64,000 nucleotides of DNA from Chrysomallon squamiferum (GCA_012295275.1 CM022671.1:24490001-24554000), one strand, 5' to 3'; numbered from the stretch's first letter, positions 47,393 through 62,689 are shown. The notes: generated from the letters alone by a model not told the origin. Made by a program: numbers and translations.

Positions 47393-50300
47393 TTACATCT
47401 GTTCTTTCATTTACAGTTTAAAAGTAAGCTTACAATTCACTGAAAAAACCTGAATGGACTGTTTACTTTCAAGACAAGATAAAAAGTTTGTCTATATGAG
47501 ATGAAACAGTAAACAAAAGTAATAAACATTTTCGATTTCTTTTTATTTGTTCTAACTCAACTAAAGCCTATCTCATTATGCATTTAGACATTTTGCAACT
47601 GCATAAATCAAAACAGGTCTATTTCTATTTTAAATTATTTGTTGACATAAAAGGCATTTTCATTTCATTTTATTTTTTTTAAAAACAACTAAATATTTAT
47701 TGCAAACCATTTAAAATAAACTTTTTGAAAGATGTCTGAGGTTACAATTTACATCAATTTTTTTGTGCCTTTACAATGGTAGTATTGTTTGCATATGCTG
47801 TGAGATACATTTAACAAAATATTTAACGAATTTATCAGGAAATATTCTTCAATGCCTTTCACTTTATTTAACATATAACTGAAATCTAATACCAGATAAT
47901 TATGTGAAATTTATTATAACTAAAGACTATTTCAAAACACTATTAATCTTTCAAACATCAATTGTACATACTTACCATTATATCTACACAATACTGCTAA
48001 ATAAAGTGAAAGAATTCAAAAACATACAAATTAAAATGAAATATAATCTGTTTCTTCACTTTATTTATGAGAAATGATTCCAGAATTTGGACATTCTTGT
48101 GTGTGTATATTTCTAATTGCTGCAACAAAACAACTGCAACCAACAGAGAAATTAACTCTTAAAATTAAATACCCACAAATATTATAAATCAAACAGATAC
48201 TAAAAGAAATTAAAAATTTTAAAAATTAAATTATATACACATACACACTTTTTACCTCCACTGGTGGCTAGTGGGTGGAGTATTTTATTTTTTATTATTA
48301 TTATTATTATTTCACACATAACATTTTTTTTTTTTTTTTTTTTTTATCATGCACTTACCAGCATTGTAGAAAGGTTTTTAAAACTTTTTATTTTGCTAAC
48401 AGGTCCAACAGAATTTTCCATCTTATGTGCTAAACTACAATAAAAACAAAAAACATAATTACTTATCAGTGGACTTTTTTGTGTAAACCTCCTCATTTAA
48501 TTTATATTGAATATCACGAAATGGAAAAGTGTAATAAATATGGAAATAATAATTTGCAATTCCTATAGTATAACATATCTTTATCAGTTTGTGATTAGTT
48601 TATGTTTCAGAATTTATAAAGAGTCAAAAAAATAATAATAAAAAAAATTAAAAAAAACACCCAACCTCATAACGTTTTTAATTAAACCACCTACTTTCTT
48701 CTTAGAGTTATTAGCTCACTCTGGACGTCTTCAAACCCATTTTCTTTTATTCGGCTTAACACCATCCTATATTTAAAATAGTTTTATAATCAAAACAACA
48801 ATATACCTAAAATTATGTTTCTAACTGGCATTCATCTTCAAAGTATGTTTTCTGGATAAATGCACAGGTCTCTTCCATTTAGTGTAATATAATACATTAT
48901 ATATTATATTTGAATATATGCAAGCATTTGTATTTCATTTATCATTCAGTGCATATGAATATACGTCAGAATCAAAGTGATCATTCCAAAACATATGATT
49001 AAGACTTTTATGATTAAATATTTATAAAAAATATAATAAAATAAAAAAGGGCAAAAATACAATAAAACAAAAAACCTGTATTTCTAGAAATAATAAAGGA
49101 AATCTGACTGTAAGTGAGAAAACTACACATTAAATGACGTATAGGTAACAAATTTATTAACAGTGAAATTGAAAATAGATTTATGTACAAATCATGAAAA
49201 TACAGTGCTTACTGTATCTGTATGCATGCAAATATAGTGCTAATTGTAAATAAATTTCTGTCTACATACTGAATAGCATAATCCACTAAATATAATCCAT
49301 GATTTCTAGATGACAAAGATAATGGTTTCCATTTTGATAATGCTGCTGCAGATATTTTTCTAACAGCTGATTTTTTCCCTATAATAGAAAAATAATTTAA
49401 AACTTTCTCATATAAATTTCTTATACTTCTAAAATAGGAAATGTGAATGTGTTTTATATATCCTATTAATATTATATGTCTATCATTAGCTTTAAAATAT
49501 TATTTATGCATTTCAGTTCAAATCTGTCTACCTAACTACACATATATAGTAAGTATGAGTGATTTTCATAATCTAAGGCAATGAGTTAAAAAATAATAAT
49601 AATAATAATTAGCTGTCACTTTTATATTCAGTATTGGAGTTCTGGTATGTGGTTATCTGTCCATCTCGTTCACTGAAAAAAAGTACTTATTTATTTTAAA
49701 TGTATCAATACCATTTTCTTTGATATGACTCAAAAGCTGTTTAATTTCTTTTGTAAACTATAGCCTGTAGCTGTAAAAGCCTATATAATATATTATTAGT
49801 ATATACGATATATCACATTCATGATATTGGTCGTCTCGGCCAGACTAGGGGAAAACTAATGAAGTTAACACTGGTAGATTAAATGCAGTAACAAGAAGTT
49901 ACAAAATAATAATGATACTTTTTTTTATTAATATACTGTTTAACTTAATTTAAATATATCATTATATCATACGATAGTCAGATTCACATTCTGCAGTTCT
50001 TGATCCGTGCCCGAAGTCCGAAGCCTAAGTATTCAATATTGAAAATATTTCACCTTTTCGAGAAAATAAATATCCAAATTACCTGACACCGAATGTAGAA
50101 CAATTTCTCTGAAATTATCTCTTTTTCTCTTTGCATTCTTAGTTTTAGTCATTTTTACAACAACCAATTTGATCAAATATCCCGCTTAATTATTAAATCC
50201 GAGTTATCTACCTTTCGGTCTGATCAAACACTAAGGGAATTAATCCATAATTTTCAAAGTTCCAAACCCACCCCAAGTCCTACGATAATGCAGTATTTGT

Positions 50301-53300
50301 CAGTATTAATACGTTATGTATACCAAATTTTAAATATTATTTCAGTTTACTAAAAATAATAATAATAAATAAAAATAGTTTTGGCGACATCTACTTAAAT
50401 AACAGTAAATCTAAATGGGGAAAAAAAAAAATTCTTCTTTATTTCTGATATTTTCTTTATTAATTTTATTACATTTATTTTATCTCTTTTTTTTTTATTA
50501 CTGCTTATTTTTCCCTTTTTTTCCCCTTTTTGGGGGTAAATTAACACTAAATTAAAAAATACAAGAAAATGACAAATGGTAGATCTACTTTCTTAAAATA
50601 ACAACAAAGAATTTATTTAACAGATTTATTAATAACAAAAATATCCACACCTCAAGAAAATTACAATTCAAGGATGAATCACTCTAAAACGAAAATGACA
50701 TTACAATTTATCTACATAACTTCAAAAAGGAATGTACCATTTAGCATTCACCCTTTCAAAACTGTATTGTTCTAATATAAATGCATGAGCATTTTCATTT
50801 TAATACTTTTAAATGGCATTGAGTAGAGAGAAGGCATTATTGGTTTTTACAACAAATGCAACATGAAAACAATGCCACATTGGACCTTCTTTTTTCAAAA
50901 AATAATTAACAAAAATGAGTCTGGTTTCTAAATGGGGGGAGAACAAAGAAACAAATAAAAAAAAAAAGCTGCCATTAATATTATTTACAACTAGAATAAA
51001 CTAAAAACAGCTCTACCTATTTCACATTTTGAAACAACCGACCACAGACATTCCCATTTTCTTATATTGTAAAATACAGTTTCAAAGATAAAGTTAAAAT
51101 GGTATCCCTGTAAATATTAAACATCTTCTAACACTCTCTGGAATGTAATGGTTAGCAATGGACTGGCATTTTCTCTATTTTCTCAGATAAGCAACATAAT
51201 AAACACTGGACTGATTTTTTAAATGACAGATACCCAGGCCAGTTTTAAGATGCAGTCCACTTCTGGTAAAGGGTTGTTTTTGTTATGATAATTTGACATC
51301 AGTTTTCATTTTATTTTGCTCTTATTTTATTTACTTTCTTCGTTGCTTGTGAAATCTAAACACTTTTCAGTGGCAGCACAGATTTTGTCTGTTTTCTAGA
51401 TATTGTATTATGGAACTACTAAGCACTTTCCAGGATAAACAGTATATATTACCCCATTAAAAAAAAAGAAAAAAAAGTACCTAATTCATTACCTAGTAGA
51501 TTAAAAGGATCAATGATAACAAATTGTAACTTATGATGAGTCAGATCAAATTAGTCTGAAAAGAATGCATTTAATGTTTACCTTGTTTTTGTATTACTAA
51601 ATTTCTGTTAAAAAATAAGAATTATGATTTATGTGGAATGAAAATGTATTATTCATTCAGATAATAAAATAATGGTGACATTTGACACATTGGTCGTTAT
51701 AACAATGGGATCCAACTTTCATTGTGGAAATAACAAAACAGTTTTGCTTTGTGAAGTATATTTTCCACATTTGTTATAATCTATCTAATTATATTTGAGA
51801 TACAATGAACATACATATATATACATATATAGTTATAAAATTTCTGATTATGAAACAATGATAAATATTTCTTAAAAAGTAAACAAATGTGAAACACTGA
51901 AAACAAACATCAGAATACAACTAAGCAAACAATGAAAAGAATAAAATGTTCTCACTTGTGCACTAAATATATTACAAACATCAGCCAAATATTTTCTAAT
52001 TTTTAACTTCAACACACACTAAAAACACCATTTCAGCCATTTCAAATTTCTATATTTACATACATCTGTTGATATCTCACACAATACACCGAAACAGTTA
52101 CTGGATTTCTAAATTACAAGATATCTTTGTTCAATTCTGTTTAGTTACATGAATCTGTTATACCAGTTAAGAGTGCTTACATTTGACATATTACACCTAT
52201 TTAATTTTTAATCTAGAATTTATTTAAAATGACTGAACTTATTTCTTTAATAATTACTGTATAATGCTAGCAGAAAAATAAAATAAAATAAAATAATTTT
52301 TTTTTTTTTTTTTTTTTTTAAATATGTATATTTTCTATTTTCTCTGTTCAACAAGCATTCAAAAAAAGAAGAGGAAAAAAAAAATTAAATTAATAAATAT
52401 AAAATTATGGATTTCCCTGAATGAGCTACACATATAATTTGTATTTTGTGATTACCTGATACTATATGTTTCTGTGTATAAATTTTTTGTCATCAATATA
52501 AGTTTATGTTTGTTTCCTCAATGCCATTAATTAATGGTTCATTTTGAAATAAATAATGGAAACTGAACAAAAGGGGAGGGATATGGTATTACTGAATAGA
52601 AGATTTATCTAACAAATCAAATCGAAGGCAAACATTGAGGCCCATGATTTACTGACTGAATTAAGTACTTGAATATAAATAATACCAAACTAAGTGGAAT
52701 TATCTGTTAAAAAACTGTACAGGAAATCTGTAAGAATACACTGAAATGAAGACAGTGGTTTAGTGAATACATATTTAGTTTGTTCATTTAATTAAAAAAA
52801 CATTGATAATAAAAAATATTTTAAAAAAAATTAAAAATAATAAATAAATAACTAAACTAAACTAAAAAAAAAAATTAAATAAAAATTAGACAACCACTAC
52901 TGGCATTTTTCTGTTTTTGGAGGTAGTGGGCAATGTAGTTTCTTCTGAATCAAAATTATATATGAAAATATTTCCTTTATTATTTTTGCATTAATAACAG
53001 TTCTTGAATAAATATTGATCATAATGTTACAGACATGTTCATCAAGGTATTATCCAAACAAAAAAATCATAAATATGGAATTTATTTCATCAATTTATTA
53101 TAAAATCCGTATCTCTGAGGGTGAAAACTTTTTATTTTTAATTACTCAAACTATTATAGTTGTTATAGTCTTACATTAAAGGAAAGAATTTACTGTTAAT
53201 GCTGAACTTAGATAAAAGATTATGGTCTTAAACCAGAGATCCTAATTTTTTGTTAGCTTCACAGTTCCAGCTTTTTCTGGACATGCTGAGTTAAAGCAAT

Positions 53301-53637
53301 AATAGTACGTTAACACCCCTCATTAAATAAAATGTAATAATTTACACCATTAACATATGTACACATGTACTATTAATCAGATTAATCATAATGAGTATGA
53401 GGTAAAACGACAATGAATCCAATAACAATGAACCTGTAAACAACAAAATGAAATTAGATTAAATACACATACTTGCAAATTATAAACAGTACCCAAGTAA
53501 AACTCAAACTGAAACAAACTGGAATAACATCTGACCTCATTCAAACCTCGTTTCTGCAAGCTTCATAATTTGTTATCTGAAAGAATGGCCATTTTTTTTC
53601 TCTTTTTTGATCTTTCTTAACTTTTAAGAAATGTTCG

Positions 53638-53640
<3 letters not shown>

Positions 53641-53682
<42 letters not shown>

Positions 53683-53716
53683 CATTATTATTTTTTTTTT
53701 TTTTTTTTTTTTTTTT
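53641..53716. repeat. (ATT)n plus poly-T tract
   Basis: Read directly from sequence. Confidence 0.85.
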
Positions 53717-55833
53717 TTCTTCTGTACCATTATTAGAATAAATAATAATTATAATATAAATCTATGTACCAGGAGTTATCAACAAGATCTTGAAATTAAA
53801 TTATTCAATGTATTATCTGTATCTTAACAAAACATTTATATCTACTTTTTTCTGATACCAATTTAAAATAATAATGTAATTAAATTCCATTCATTCAAGG
53901 AATATAAGCTTGACTCTCAAATGTACTAAATGGAAAAGTTAATGTCATATTCATTAAATGTTTATGGATTTAAAAATTATGTTACAGTCAAACAAAACAA
54001 AGCACATTTGAAAGATTCAAAGCATCTGTCTGAAATACTTCCATAACAAATACCCAAATAGTAATTGCTTCTATGTTTTTTTTTTTCCCATTACACATAA
54101 ATAAATAATTAATTACTGAAACACTCAAACACTGAAGAATATCTAAATGCTACTGTAAATGATGATCCAAAGCAATTATAGTACAGTAGCTGTTTATTAT
54201 ATTTATCAAAATTATTCTCAAGGTAAGCTGTCATGTTGCTGTTTACATTATTAACATTGAATTCTGGCCTCAGCTGTATCCAATTCAGAAAATACAAAGG
54301 TCATTTTAGTTTTATGTATGTGTATTAAATCTTACACAACATCAAATATATAACAGATATATAGCACATCATATAATTATGTGAATACAATTAGAAAAAC
54401 ATGTATCAGTTAATCTAACTGCTTGGTAATTAAAACAACCACAGTTGACCATTATTTCATATTACACAAGGCTTGTGTTTATTCTGAAACTGTCATTTTG
54501 AATAAGAGATGGGATGTCAATCACTTACTGATTAAGAGCTACTTTATAAATTTAAAAAAATTTGTTCAATCTTGAATTTATAGAATTTGGCAAAATAAAA
54601 TTTAGGCAGTTCTGTTTATATTAAATTAACAACAGTTTATATAAGTCTTATTCTCTTTTCTTTTTTTTCTTTATTTTTTTTTCTTTCTTTCTTTATTATT
54701 ATTATTTTTTTTTTTTTTTTTTTTTTGTTAGTCATTAATTATTCATGCATTTGTTTCAATAAAAAATATAGTATTTAAAAAATTATAAATTCAGTTAAAT
54801 ACTGAAATTATTCTAGAAATTACAAATGAAACATCACTCACAATTTGGCATTTAGGATGTAAAGGAATAACTAATATTTCATAAAATAAAGAAATCTCAA
54901 AATAATTTATAAAAATTCCAATTTCTTTGGTAACAACAGAGTTAAATAGGAAATTTTACTCTGTGAATAGACAGAGCTTTATTAAAAATAATTAATTGTC
55001 ATGCTGACTAGTGAGATATAGCTACAAAGTAATTTATGTGATTGAAATTAAATCAAATTTAAAATAATGTACTATTTTCCTTTTTTTCTTATGTTCTAAT
55101 AAACATCAGAAACAAAAATGATCAAATTTTTATTATGTGGCTTTCTTTATGATACACAGTTATTAAGGCATTTAATCAGGTATAACTTAACAAATGCAGT
55201 GAATTTAATAACTTACCTAAAACAACTGATTCTATAGGTTTTCTTATAAAATTGGTAGATTGGTGTAAAATTAATACAGAATCTTCTTTAAAACAAATTA
55301 AAACCATCTGTATTATTTTATTCGGCAAGATACATTACAATGATTCATTTATTATACTTAAACTCATTTTGGCAGATAAGTTAGATAATAAAATTAGAGG
55401 ATAATCATAAAAGCTATGCTATTCATTATTTTTATTTGGATACAAAAAGGGCCTTTATTAATTTTCTACATACCAAAAGTAATGGTTCTCTATTTGTCAA
55501 CACTGCATAAAGAAATCAATAATCTCAAAAATCTGGATGCTAAAATGTGATTACAAATTTATTAATATTTCATGGTATTATGCACTTTGAAATGAAGCTT
55601 TCTACATGTCAAGTCTAATGCACTTATTAAAAAATAACTTACTATCTTTTCATGCTGTCTTTAAAACTTTAAACATTTATTAACTCTCCAGCATATTTCA
55701 TCTATTACTTGAACAGATAAAAAAAATGTAAAAAAAAAGCCCCCAATAATCCAATAAAGCCCCTATTTAAATAACTCTGCATCGTAGGAATCAACACGTT
55801 TTAAAATATTCAATTTCACCAAATTTTCACTAA

Positions 55834-58800
55834 TTACAATTTACATAAACAAAACAGCAATGGTATAAATGCTCCTATTGCCACAAATACAGGTAACAAC
55901 ATGGTGCTTGTGTCATCCTGAGCATAGGGATCTTTGGTTTTCGGTCCTGATGGTCGGCGAGATTTTGAAGCTTTAGTTGAGACAGTGTCCTCCTCTTCTT
56001 CCTCCTCCTCCTCTCTCAGTGATTCAGCACCAGCAATAGGGGGCAGTTTGGGAATATCTATAAATAAGGAAGTTACAGTTAAAAGCCCTGAAACATATTT
56101 GACAAATATAACTGGAAAAACAAAAGCAAAAAAAAAGTGTTGGCTACTAATAAGCATGTATTTAAATATATTATTCAATCATGAAGCAATTACATTTTTT
56201 GTTCAAGTATTTGTGGTTTCTGTTCTGTTTCACAATAATGTGATAACAAGCATATTTTTGTACATATACATTTAAATATGGTATGTGAAATAAATTACAA
56301 ATATTTTCAAATTAACTAAATAGTAGTGTTTGAGCTATACCAGGTCACCATGATTGCTGAGAGTTTATGTTATTTTTTTCTTAATTAAATTATTTTCTTT
56401 TCTTTTTAATATATCACTGGTAACAAAAAAACAGCAATTCAATAGTTACAAAGACAATATAATCACCTTAAAAAAAACAAGAAACAAAAACAAACTGAGC
56501 ATATATTCTATTTTTACATTTATTTGACATAAACTCAATTTAAAAATGTATGTACTTACCATCTACAACTCCTTTTGCTATATAAAGTGCATTCACTTTT
56601 GGATTATCATATTCACCCTGAAACAAAAAAAAGGAAAAATAAATTTAAAAAAGGGCTGATTTTATTATTTTGAATTTAAGTGCAACATTTGTGTGTGAAA
56701 AAGAACAGCTTTTTATTTTAAAGAAGAATATGAATTTATTGTTGCAAGTATTGTATATTAAGCTATTTCCTTTGAAATAAAAATTCATTTATCAAAAATT
56801 AATCAAACATAAGCTAGCCTTTACTGTGGTGATTAGTTCTGCAGTTGCAGTGATATTTATTTATAGCAATAGCTTGATTCTGATTACGTTTTTTGGCATA
56901 GATGTGTTTTATAAAACATGCCACTGTTTACTTCACAAATTATCCTGTTATCTGTATTTTGGATTTGCCCACTCTGCATTTTTTTTAGAGAAATTTATAA
57001 CTGGTGAAAAGCTACTTCAACTAATTTTAGTTGACAACACTTATCAAATACTATTTATGTTCACAAAACAAAAACAAAATAAATTATTACCTTTATAAAT
57101 TCTACAGATAATTTTCCATCCAACTGAGATGTTTCGCCATTCACTCTCAGTTTGCCTCCTTTTATTGAAAATGGAATTATTTCATCATGTGCAACTCCTC
57201 TTCCAACTTTTGCATAGATATCTAATTCACTTACAACATTATGTTCACCGTTCAGCACAACATCAAAAACCTGCAATTAGTGTGTGTAAATATTAGATTA
57301 TTAATACCAGTTGATATTACAGCATATATTTTATATATGTGCCTTTCATGACAAATAAATAATGTTTCAGTTTAATCCAGCGTGGAACAACGATACAGAT
57401 ATCTGAAGCATGCAACATTGATTTTTATTATCTATTTTATCTAAATTATCTATTTCGATTTAGTAAAATACGGTTTCGTTACATACACACTCATACAAAA
57501 TGGACAAGATAACACTTAGTTAAGAGGTTGGCTGTTGGGACTGTTTTTTTGAGACTTATCGGAAAGTATATTATTATTAACAAAAAATGTAGCAGTGTTG
57601 ATTAATACACAAAGCTTTTTGGATCCTTGCATATTTATTCTGAATACATAAAATCAATAATAAATAAATATTTATATATAATAAAATAATAATATATTCA
57701 GACATGTATATGATACTGATATGTTGATTTCTTATTGGCAATTCATTATATAATTCACATCACACTCAGAATAACTAGTATTACAAAACAATTATTCATT
57801 AGCATTAATCTACATATTGATATACATGTTTAAATTCCCAACAGGTTAATATCCATTTCTTGTGTTATTATGATGATCAAAAAAGAAGGCTGCTAAAGCT
57901 ACTAAACTGATCTTACAATTAGCAACAAGGAATTTTATATAGATATAATTTTATTTTCTGTAGGCAGAAAGAACATTCAGTGGATTCAGGTTATGCCACA
58001 AGTTGTGCTGAGAAAACTGGATGTGTAGATGCTAGGACACACATATATACAGTGTGTGTGTACATGCTTGCATGTTTGTGTATGTGTATGTCAGAGAGGA
58101 TGAGAGAAATTTGTATATATGAGCTAGTGGCTCATAACTTATCTACCAATCATTTGTAAATTCTTTCCTGTATGTAGTAAATAAAACTGCACATAAAAAA
58201 AGTCCCAGCTGCTGATTTGCCTTCCTTTTTAATTTATAATCAGTAACATGTTAAATTCCACAGCTTTAATTGATGTCATGCTGTTGAGTTTCTTTGTGCT
58301 GTTCGGACAATACATTATTGATTATATTTGACACTTTTATTCTGATATAGCCTTTATCATCATTTGAGGTACTTTCACTCTACAAAAAATAAATAAATAA
58401 ATAAAAATAGCTTGTTATTTCTTGTTTGGTAACTACAATTTTTATCACTTGTGTTGCTAAGTTCTGATGGTGTAATTCAAGACTAATCATTGATTTCTCC
58501 TCTAAAGGAATGACAGTTTTAATTGATCAACCTTTATTAAGCATTGTATCTTGGTGACAAAGATGTAAATAATTTATAAGATTTATTAACCATTTTCAAT
58601 TACAGTTTATTCAAACAATTATTCTACAGACACATTCTTCAGATACTGAACTGAAATGAATGAGATCTCAAGACATAATATTATTCAATTTATTGGTTAT
58701 AAAATGTTATATTTCTTATATAATGGTGATTACTTTGTTCTGAATAAAGAAACCACTTATTATGGCTCCATGGGGTACTCATAAAACAAGAAATTTTTAG

Positions 58801-60021
58801 ATGCATCTACCAACAGAGATAGAACTATTGCTGTAAGATTTGATAAACCACTTTAACCTGTCATGAAATCTAAACAAACACATCAGCATGAATGAAATAT
58901 AATATGCTGAAGACAATTAATACTGCAACATATTAACAATATGCTATATTATATATAATAATAATTTTGTATGCTGAGGAAAGAGTGGTTGGTTATTATT
59001 ACCTCTCTTTTATTATTTATTTATTTATCTGAAGTCATGGTTACCCATTAAGAAAATATGTTACTGTAAAATTAGAAAGTTTATTGATCTGCTGAAAAAG
59101 ATTTTGTTATTTCTTTTTCATTTTATTATAAACAGACACAGCTGTTGAAATAATCAGAAATAACTCTTTAATAATAACTTTATGTATTCAAAGTGTAAAC
59201 TTGTTTATTTGTCTTTATTCAGTAACTAAACAATTTTTTTTTTTAAATCCAGGCATTTTAAATTCATGCTAAAAATACTCACTTCAATATAGTTATGACC
59301 ACCCTCACTGTTATAGAAAAATAATCACAGGAAGAACAAAACATGTTTAAAAATATATAACTGGCTACACTATAACTATTCTATAATACTCATTGTTAAA
59401 TAATCAGGAAGGAATAAGCAGAACTTCAAAATACTTATAATATCTGCACTGTACTTAATTTTTGTTAAGCTGTCCTATTTCAGATACAGAACACAAACCA
59501 GTTCACTGTGGGGGGTGCCATTTTCTATTTATTGTAACCTTCTCCACCCCTTCAACCCCAACTCTAACATACGAATACATTTGGGAAGGATGAATGGTTT
59601 AGATTCATTGATTCTAATGGCAGTCATGAATGAAAATCAGTCTAGTTCATATAGAAAGCATTTTAAAACTTTAGTCATTTATGAGTTGAATTGAAAATAT
59701 TTATTTACTCAACATTCACAAAACAAATCTCTGGATGCTATATTATTTATAGTGTCATAACCTGGCTCAGTTTCATCACTCTGATAATGATTATTATTAT
59801 TATTATTTAATGTTTTTTTGCAATTGGATATCATATTTCAGTCAACACTATAAATTTTTAAAAGATATCTAATCTCTTTTATTTTTGTAATAATCAGTTG
59901 TAAGCTAAATTTATTTTTCTCTATCTAAATTTAAACAATCAAAGGTTTGTTTTGGGTTGTTTTATTAATGTTATTTTTTTATTTATTATTAATTTTATTT
60001 TTATTTATTATTATTATTGTT

Positions 60022-60053
<32 letters not shown>

Positions 60054-60564
60054 TTATTTTTCATAAAAAGTTCTTTACCTTCTACCTTTGTTTATTTTTT
60101 ATTTTTATTTTTTTAATAAATATGGGCGTGTCACATCAAAATTCCAATACACCGATGATATGAAAAAAATAATTTACCTTTTTATTCGGTGCGGTGAACC
60201 AAACTTCGCTGAATTTTAAGACAAGAACATAATCACCATCTTTAACTATAGGGATATCATAGCCGAATGTCGACATGTGATATCTTTCCGTCTGATAAAG
60301 TATCTGATCTTGTGGAACAACACGGGAAATTGATAAACTCTTGCCGAAATCGGACGCAAACCCAACTTTCAGATGATCACTTTGGTAGCGGATTCCATGA
60401 ACGTCGGTATGAGCTCCACCTCCACAGTTTACTGCCCATATAGCCTCCACAGCTCCACAAGTATTAACGACTAACGATATTATACATATGGCACTAAAAA
60501 GTACCCGGGAATTTGCAAAAAACAAACTGATCCTATGAAGAACTGATCCCACTAGAGAAAACAT
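55834..60564 (-). CDS. MLEC: Malectin (ER Glc2-N-glycan lectin), 282 aa
   Basis: Exons 60564-60178, 57270-57091, 56617-56560 and 56057-55834; 849 nt, GT-AG. Motifs [57 protein letters not shown] and YDNPKVNAL, then an acidic E-run, [13 protein letters not shown] and the C-terminal [21 protein letters not shown]. Confidence 0.96.
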
Positions 60565-60589
60565 CTTTCTTCTACCACGCGACAACTCG

Positions 60590-60715
60590 TTCTTCCGCTA
60601 CGGAAGTGACGTTTCGTGTCGGCTGGTTCTCAGTTTTCGTAAATACGAGACATTAATCGACTCGAAAGGAAATTTCGTCGAGCCATAAAATTTGGATCGA
60701 TAGCATTACGTCATA
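60590..60715 (-). promoter_or_regulatory. Malectin proximal promoter with overlapping ETS-CRE motif
   Basis: CpG-rich. CGGAAGTGACG at 60601-60611 (ETS/CRE composite) and TTACGTCA at ~60705, both within 150 nt upstream of the ATG. Confidence 0.5.
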
Positions 60716-61114
60716 TTCAGTCAAAGAAAGTTAAAATTATATCTCTGTAGCAATTTCACTTTTAAAAATCCTGAATACTATCTTTAAATCTTATTTATTT
60801 GTTTGTTTATTTATTTTTCAGTCACAGAAATAGATGTCACATAATCTTTTTCTGAGGCCGCAAAAAGAAAACAATAAAATATTTGTTTGGTTCACCCATT
60901 TAAGGAGGGAGATTTTTATTTTCAGTTTCATACTTTTGTATGCAGAATTATTGTGTTTAAATATATGTATCTAACCTGGGATTCATTAACATAATACGTG
61001 ACAGGAAGGTACGAAAAACCGCTGAAAATTTTGAGCTTGAAATTACGCGAGACAAAATTTCTGGGGAAACAAATCTATGTTCTAATGAAAGTTGATCGCG
61101 CACTTAATATAATA

Positions 61115-61835
61115 TAGAGGTACAGCGACTTACGAGTGTACTGACTTACGAGTTTTCCCCGAGTTACGAAGTTCTGCTTTGAGTTGCGAGCCAAAATCCG
61201 AGTTACGAGCGAGCTTCAGCTACGCCGCCGCTAGTTGGCGCAGTGAACAATAAAACGTCGGCTCAGCTTCCCGCGTCCCACCAGTTTATTTCACGTGTTT
61301 ATCGCCGATGAAGCATCTCTGTTGTGTTGTGCAGTATTTTGCCAAATTTATTTTTTATGGCCATGGGTCATAAGAAAGTGAGTGCAAAGGACAGTGCTGA
61401 GAAGAAGCGGATGATGTCCATTGAAATAAAGCATGAAATCGTAGAAAAATATAAGCGAGGTGTGCGTGTAGTCGATTTGGCTAGGCAGTAGAAGCGTAGT
61501 ACTTTTACGATATGAACCATACTGAAGCAGGAGTCGGTAAAGGCTATAACTTCAGCCAAAGGCGTTAAAACAATTTGTCTGATCTCTAAGATAAATGCAC
61601 TTTACAAAACCAATTTATTGCTTTATATTCTCTTTTATTTTATTTTTATACAATATTCGTCATTTATAAATACATATTTCTTATTTAGAAACACGTTACA
61701 AAAAAAAATGGGGTGTTTTTGGGGGGGGGGCTGGAACGGATTAATTTCAGATGGGAAATTGATTTGATATACGAGCAAATTGAGTTACGAGCTCGGTCAC
61801 GGAACGAATTAAATTCGTAAGTCAAGGTACCACTA
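61115..61835 (+). mobile_element. Tigger/pogo (Tc1-mariner superfamily) internally deleted DNA transposon
   Basis: TIRs TAGAGGTACAGCGACTTACGA (left, preceded by TA) and TCGTAAGTCAAGGTACCACTA (right; reverse complement TAGTGGTACCTTGACTTACGA). Subterminal (G/C)TTACGAG repeats and an internal transposase N-terminal fragment. Confidence 0.85.
61357..61580 (+). pseudogene. Tigger/TIGD1-like transposase N-terminal (CENP-B/psq HTH) fragment with in-frame stops
   Basis: Translation MAMGHKKVSAKDSAEKKRMMSIEIKHEIVEKYKRGVRVVDLARQ*KRSTFTI*TILKQESVKAITSAKGVKTI. The DDE domain is absent. Confidence 0.8.
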
Positions 61836-62259
61836 TTATAATAGAGTGGAAAATGTTTTGACAATGTTTACACTTTATTTGAAGGCATTTTTAAAAATAA
61901 ATATTTGGAGGGAGGGTGGATTTCTCAGTTAGGTGGGGTTTTTTTTATGTGGCCATTTTGAATTAAGTTTTATCAAGACTGTAATATTTAATATTTGTTT
62001 ATTTTATTTTATTTATTTATTTATTTATCTATTTATTATCTTTTTATATTGTTTATTTTTTATTTTTTTATTTGTTTATTTATTTATTTTTTTATTTATA
62101 TATTTTTGCGAGATATAATTTAAAATTCACAGACTCACACGAGTACAGTTTTTATGTTCTTAAAACTGATTAAAGTACGGTTATCACATCGTGTCTAGGT
62201 ATACATCAAACTTTTTTTTTTTAAATTGTGTTTGTTCATACGTATGTCAATTAAATCTA

Positions 62260-62641
62260 ATAATAACAATAACAATAACAATAATAACAATAACAATAAC
62301 AATAACAATAATAATAATAATTTATTATGCTTTTAATTACAGTTATTATAATAGTGTATATTGATTTATTATAGACATACATCCTTTGTCAAACATTCTG
62401 TCATCGAAGGTAAGTACGTGGTTCTGCATATTTATATTTCATTGTTTATTCCATAGCTGCTGGAAATATGTGAAATGTATAGTTTTTATTGTTATTCTGT
62501 GTTACTAGCATTGCTTGACTTGACACACTTAATAAGTTTTAAAAATGCGTCAAGGTATGCTACACTATAGATATAACATATTTAAAATATACCTTTGGTG
62601 ATGTGAAGAAATAGTTTAAACATTCTGCATACTTCCAAGAT

Positions 62642-62689
<48 letters not shown>

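Noticed and set aside
60565-60585. ORF-track N-terminal extension of malectin (MSRGRRK)
   Set aside because: It begins at a TTG codon; the first ATG is at 60564 and gives a normal signal-peptide N-terminus.
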